64,000 nucleotides of DNA from Alloascoidea hylecoeti (lineage: Eukaryota): assembly GCA_001600815.1 (NCBI GenBank), contig BCKZ01000001.1:1335389-1399388 (forward strand), given 5' to 3'. Of the stretch, positions 60,228 to 64,000 are shown piece by piece. A program made the translations under genes and the position numbers. Within the stretch, counting starts at the first letter, position 1. Every line of letters begins with the position of its first letter. Below the pieces are notes generated by a model. That model worked only from the letters and a program-made list of their open reading frames with translations. It had not been told where the DNA came from and searched no databases.

Positions 60228-60860
60228 TACCTTTCTATAACGAGCACTTGTATATTATTACAGTATAGCTAATAGCTAATATGATACATCCTGGAAAATA
60301 ATTTTTTTTAACTATATAGTTGGTGAGCTATAAATATATTAATCGAAGAATACGCATTACGCAAATAAGTACTAAGTAGTATACCTAGTATCACCTTCAA
60401 TTGCAATATATATCTTACAATCCTAGCTATAACTTTAAGCCTGGATATCGCAATTGCTTATATATTTTGGACAGATGGTTATTTGAAATTATAATCAATT
60501 AATTATAAGTTGTAATGGGTGGGGTAACCACTGGCCAGTGAATACTGAAAGTCACTGAATATTATCATTATTATATAATTATATGTTAAGATAGGAAATG
60601 CTATCGATGCAGCCAAATTGTTCTATCAGGCCTATTTTGGAATCCCCATGCGGTTGATTAAGGTTTTCGAAAATTATCATAATCATAGACTTTAATGCAT
60701 CGGAAACCTCAATAATTGAATATGCAGCGATAAGAGACGCCAAAACATAAGTAAGTTAAGTACTGCTGTAATCGTATCTGGATCTGCAGAATATATCAAG
60801 CCCACTAAATTAAAGAGACCCTCTTTCGCTTCATTTTCTCTTACATCAAAATAAGCAAGA

Positions 60861-62579
60861 ATGAATGTGGTAGGCCTTGAGTACGAGGATATTAACACTG
60901 TCCTTAGTGCGAGACATGTCAAGCCAGTGGTAGATCACAACTTAACCGAAGATGAAAAAGCTTTAGTTTCATTGGGGTATAAACAAGAGTTTAAGAGAGA
61001 GTTTGGTTTATGGTCAACATTCGCAGTTTCATTTTCACTATTAGGTTTACTACCTTCAATTGCTTCAACACTCTACTATGGTATGGGTTATGCGGGAACT
61101 GCTGGTATGACCTGGGGTTGGTTAGTAGCCATGATTGGAATACAGGCTGTCGCAAATAGTATGGCTGAATTATGTTCTAGCATGCCTACTTCAGGAGGTC
61201 TTTATTATGCCGCCTTCGTCCTCTCTCCGCCTAAGTGGGGGTGTTTTGCAGCCTGGATGACAGGTTGGAGTAATTTTTTGGTTCAGATTACTTCAGGTCC
61301 GTCTGTTGATTACGCTTTAGCTTGTATGATTTTAGCCATGAAGGCTGAACATAATTCATCTTATACGCCAACTAATGGTCAAATATATGGCTTGAGCACC
61401 TGCTTCATGGTAGTTCATTCTATCATTTCTTCATTACCCACCAAATCTTTAGCCCAGTTCAACTCACTGGGTAGTATTCTTAATTCTGTTTTTCTTTTAG
61501 TTGCTCTTATTGTGATCCTTGCTGGAAATAATAGATCCGGTGATATTCCAAAGTGGAATTCCAGTCAAAAAGTTTGGGGTGTGATTGAGAATCAAACTCA
61601 ATGGCCTGATGGAATAGCAATTTTGATGTCTTTCTTATCAATTATTTGGACGATGTCTGGTTATGATTCACCATTTCATTTATCGGAAGAGTGTTCTAAT
61701 GCTAATATTGCTGCTCCGAGAGCAATTTGTTTGACAGCGTCAGTTGGTGGTCTTTTAGGTTGGGCTTTCCAGTTAGCTATAGCTTACACGGTCGTTGATA
61801 TTTCAGCTGTCATTGATAGCGATCTTGGACAACCATTTGTTGCTTATTTGACTCAATGCTTGAGTCCAAAGCTTGTTGACTTTGTAACTGCAATAACTAT
61901 TATAGCTTCGTTTTTCATGGGAGAGGCTGGGATGATTGCAGCTTCAAGAGTAACTTACGCGTATGCCCGTGACAATTGTTTCCCATTCTCAAGATATTGG
62001 AAGATTGTCAATAAGACTACAGGCACTCCAGTGAATGCTGTATGGTTTAATTGGTTTATAGGTCAACTTTTGTTACTACTAATTTTTGCAGGAGATTCCG
62101 CTATAGGTGCTATTTTCTCTGTTGGTGCATTAGCAGCATATATTGCGTTCACTATCCCCATTTTCATTAAAGTTTTTGTAGCAAAGGATAAATTTAAACC
62201 TGGTCCATGGAATCTAGGAAAATATTCACAAATAACTGGTTATATTTCGTGTGCCTATATTTTACTGATGACGCCAATATTATGCTTCCCACAATATAGA
62301 GGTAAGGATAATACACCAGATGCAATGAACTGGACAGTTGTCGTCTATTTCGGCCCAATGTTAATAGTTTTGATTTGGTATCTTGTCGATGCTAGGAAAT
62401 GGTTTAAGGGTCCTGTTATGACTGTTGACCATGTTATTGTAGAAGGTTCGGAAATTATTACGGGTAAAGAAATAGTGGTCACTGGCAATGATATTGACAA
62501 AACTGGAAATGCCAGTACTATAGCTAGTGACTCAAAGCTTTCACAAGAAAAGGAATACAGAGTTTCAAACAGTGCTTAG
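60861..62579 (+). CDS. APC-superfamily amino acid/GABA/polyamine permease (Uga4/Tpo5-like)
   Basis: LGYKQEFKREF, SMAELCSSMPTSGGLYY, GYDSPFHLSEE, ASRVTYAYARD; about 12 TM segments. Confidence 0.9.
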   Translation: MNVVGLEYEDINTVLSARHVKPVVDHNLTEDEKALVSLGYKQEFKREFGLWSTFAVSFSLLGLLPSIASTLYYGMGYAGTAGMTWGWLVAMIGIQAVANSMAELCSSMPTSGGLYYAAFVLSPPKWGCFAAWMTGWSNFLVQITSGPSVDYALACMILAMKAEHNSSYTPTNGQIYGLSTCFMVVHSIISSLPTKSLAQFNSLGSILNSVFLLVALIVILAGNNRSGDIPKWNSSQKVWGVIENQTQWPDGIAILMSFLSIIWTMSGYDSPFHLSEECSNANIAAPRAICLTASVGGLLGWAFQLAIAYTVVDISAVIDSDLGQPFVAYLTQCLSPKLVDFVTAITIIASFFMGEAGMIAASRVTYAYARDNCFPFSRYWKIVNKTTGTPVNAVWFNWFIGQLLLLLIFAGDSAIGAIFSVGALAAYIAFTIPIFIKVFVAKDKFKPGPWNLGKYSQITGYISCAYILLMTPILCFPQYRGKDNTPDAMNWTVVVYFGPMLIVLIWYLVDARKWFKGPVMTVDHVIVEGSEIITGKEIVVTGNDIDKTGNASTIASDSKLSQEKEYRVSNSA

Positions 62580-63554
62580 AAAATCAAAAGCGTTTATCAA
62601 CTCTAAAAATATTTAACTATGCATTACTAGTTTTTGATTATGTTTGTTTGTTCGTCTGTTTTTTTGTTAGCATTTAATGTACCAAGGTTTATGGTTAAAT
62701 TTTCATTTACAACTGCAAGGTGATCATGATCGATAACAAACTCTCTAAACTATTTAGAAATCGTGGCTGCAATTTTATATACAGTTTTTTCACCTATTGG
62801 TAGCGAAAGTTTTAGAAACTCACTAGTAATTAATTAATAATATGTTTATGGAAATTAGAGGCACCGTTGGAAAAATCTGAAAAGTTTACCATAGTTAAGA
62901 ACACCAATTTACTCAGAAACAGTGAAATATGCAAAATTCTCAATTTAACAAGGATATTTTGATTAAAATGCAAGGATATTTTAATGAAACTGTGATTATC
63001 TGCAAGAGCTTTCCAAATGGAGCCAATAAATCACTTTCAGATGCAGTGGTAAGGTAAATTAGTGCGAGAGTACATAAATGGAGTGCTATCCGGGGAATTT
63101 CCCCCTACTTTTTGCGGCATTCGGCATTTTGGACTAAGTAACGTAGCAGTACTGTAGTAGAAAACATTTATATTCGGATTTTTTACCGTTTTTTTATTTA
63201 ATGTATCCGTGTAATTAATCAGTTTCTTTCCGGCTAACTTTACACTTTATTAATATTATATAATGGTTCGAACGTTCGGTTTCAGTATACTTTGAAAATG
63301 GCGACTTTCTTAAGAAAATATCAGCTATTCCGGAATTGGACAGCAATTAGTTTTCCGTAATTGATTTTGCAGACTAGTACTATTTTACATGAGCAAAAAT
63401 ATAAACTACGAATTATGGCTAAGTTGTTAAATCGATAAAAATCAAAGAACTCTAAGAGTATATATTGGTTCTATTACTGCTGCTTCCGGCACAGTGAGTG
63501 TTGGTGACAAATTATAACGAAAGTGCTTATTACTACTTTTGGTTATAAGTTTCT

Positions 63555-63944
63555 CTATTTAGGCGGACCATACAATTCTTCAGGTTCCAGTTCGTCTTCG
63601 GACTCATCAGCATCCATAGCTTCTGCCTCCAATTCGTCTTCATTAACAAAATTGGGAAAGGCTTGGTGCCAGTTAACCGTTGAAGTGTCGAGCCCAATTA
63701 CATTTCCCATATTTGATACTTCAATTGGGTTCGGGCCCTGCATATTTTGGGGCGCTTCAATGGTGGATGGGAATCTTTGATTAGCACTGGTGCTTGGTGA
63801 CGGGTCGATGATTGTATTGACTGAATATGTGAGTGTAATGGTGGGTTTTAATTGCTTTCTTTTACGTTCCCGAGCCTTGTTTATTCTTCCACGAGCTCTC
63901 TTTTCCTCAAGTTTACGAGCTTGCCATTGATGATACAAGTCCAT
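63555..63944 (-). CDS. Unassigned 129-aa ORF with basic N-terminus and acidic C-terminus; may have upstream exon(s) beyond the window
   Basis: Higher GC than flanks, NLS-like RERKRK and acidic tail; no recognisable family. Confidence 0.4.
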   Translation of the reverse strand: MDLYHQWQARKLEEKRARGRINKARERKRKQLKPTITLTYSVNTIIDPSPSTSANQRFPSTIEAPQNMQGPNPIEVSNMGNVIGLDTSTVNWHQAFPNFVNEDELEAEAMDADESEDELEPEELYGPPK

Positions 63945-64000
63945 TATTATTGTTGTTGGACACTTATTTAAGTTTAAGTTTAATTAGTACTTTCGGGTGT

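Noticed and set aside
63263..63280. GGTTCGAAC B-box-like word
   Set aside because: No cloverleaf or A-box context; not a tRNA.

Overview
AT-rich fungal chromosomal DNA; gene content and intron signals fit an intron-containing budding yeast (Saccharomycotina, inferred). It holds about 22 protein-coding genes, nine with coding-region introns reconstructed by eye: RPL25, MRPS18, a GSK3 kinase, an SLC35F6-like transporter, SLX5, SNZ1, NOP1, BUD14, KAP104, DAL1, ERP3, a Reb1/Nsi1 Myb factor, RPS11, MCD4, ILT1, a 2OG-Fe(II) oxygenase, an Anp1-family glycosyltransferase, CYT1, SPT6, an APC permease and three unassigned ORFs, plus one tRNA-Ile(AAT). The long intergenic stretches hide a decayed Tc1-type and a decayed pogo/Fot1-type transposase. 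The most striking feature is a stack of at least four same-orientation, 5'-truncated LINE-like 3' ends ending 43-63 bp upstream of the tRNA gene, suggesting a tRNA-gene-targeting non-LTR retrotransposon. Other observations: position-conserved motifs in the two ribosomal-protein promoters, doubled inverted Gcn4-type sites, micro-exons, AAG acceptors with an unproductive decoy acceptor in DAL1, and a CYT1 intron whose removal recreates a 5' splice site. All homology calls rest on recalled family motifs, not database searches.
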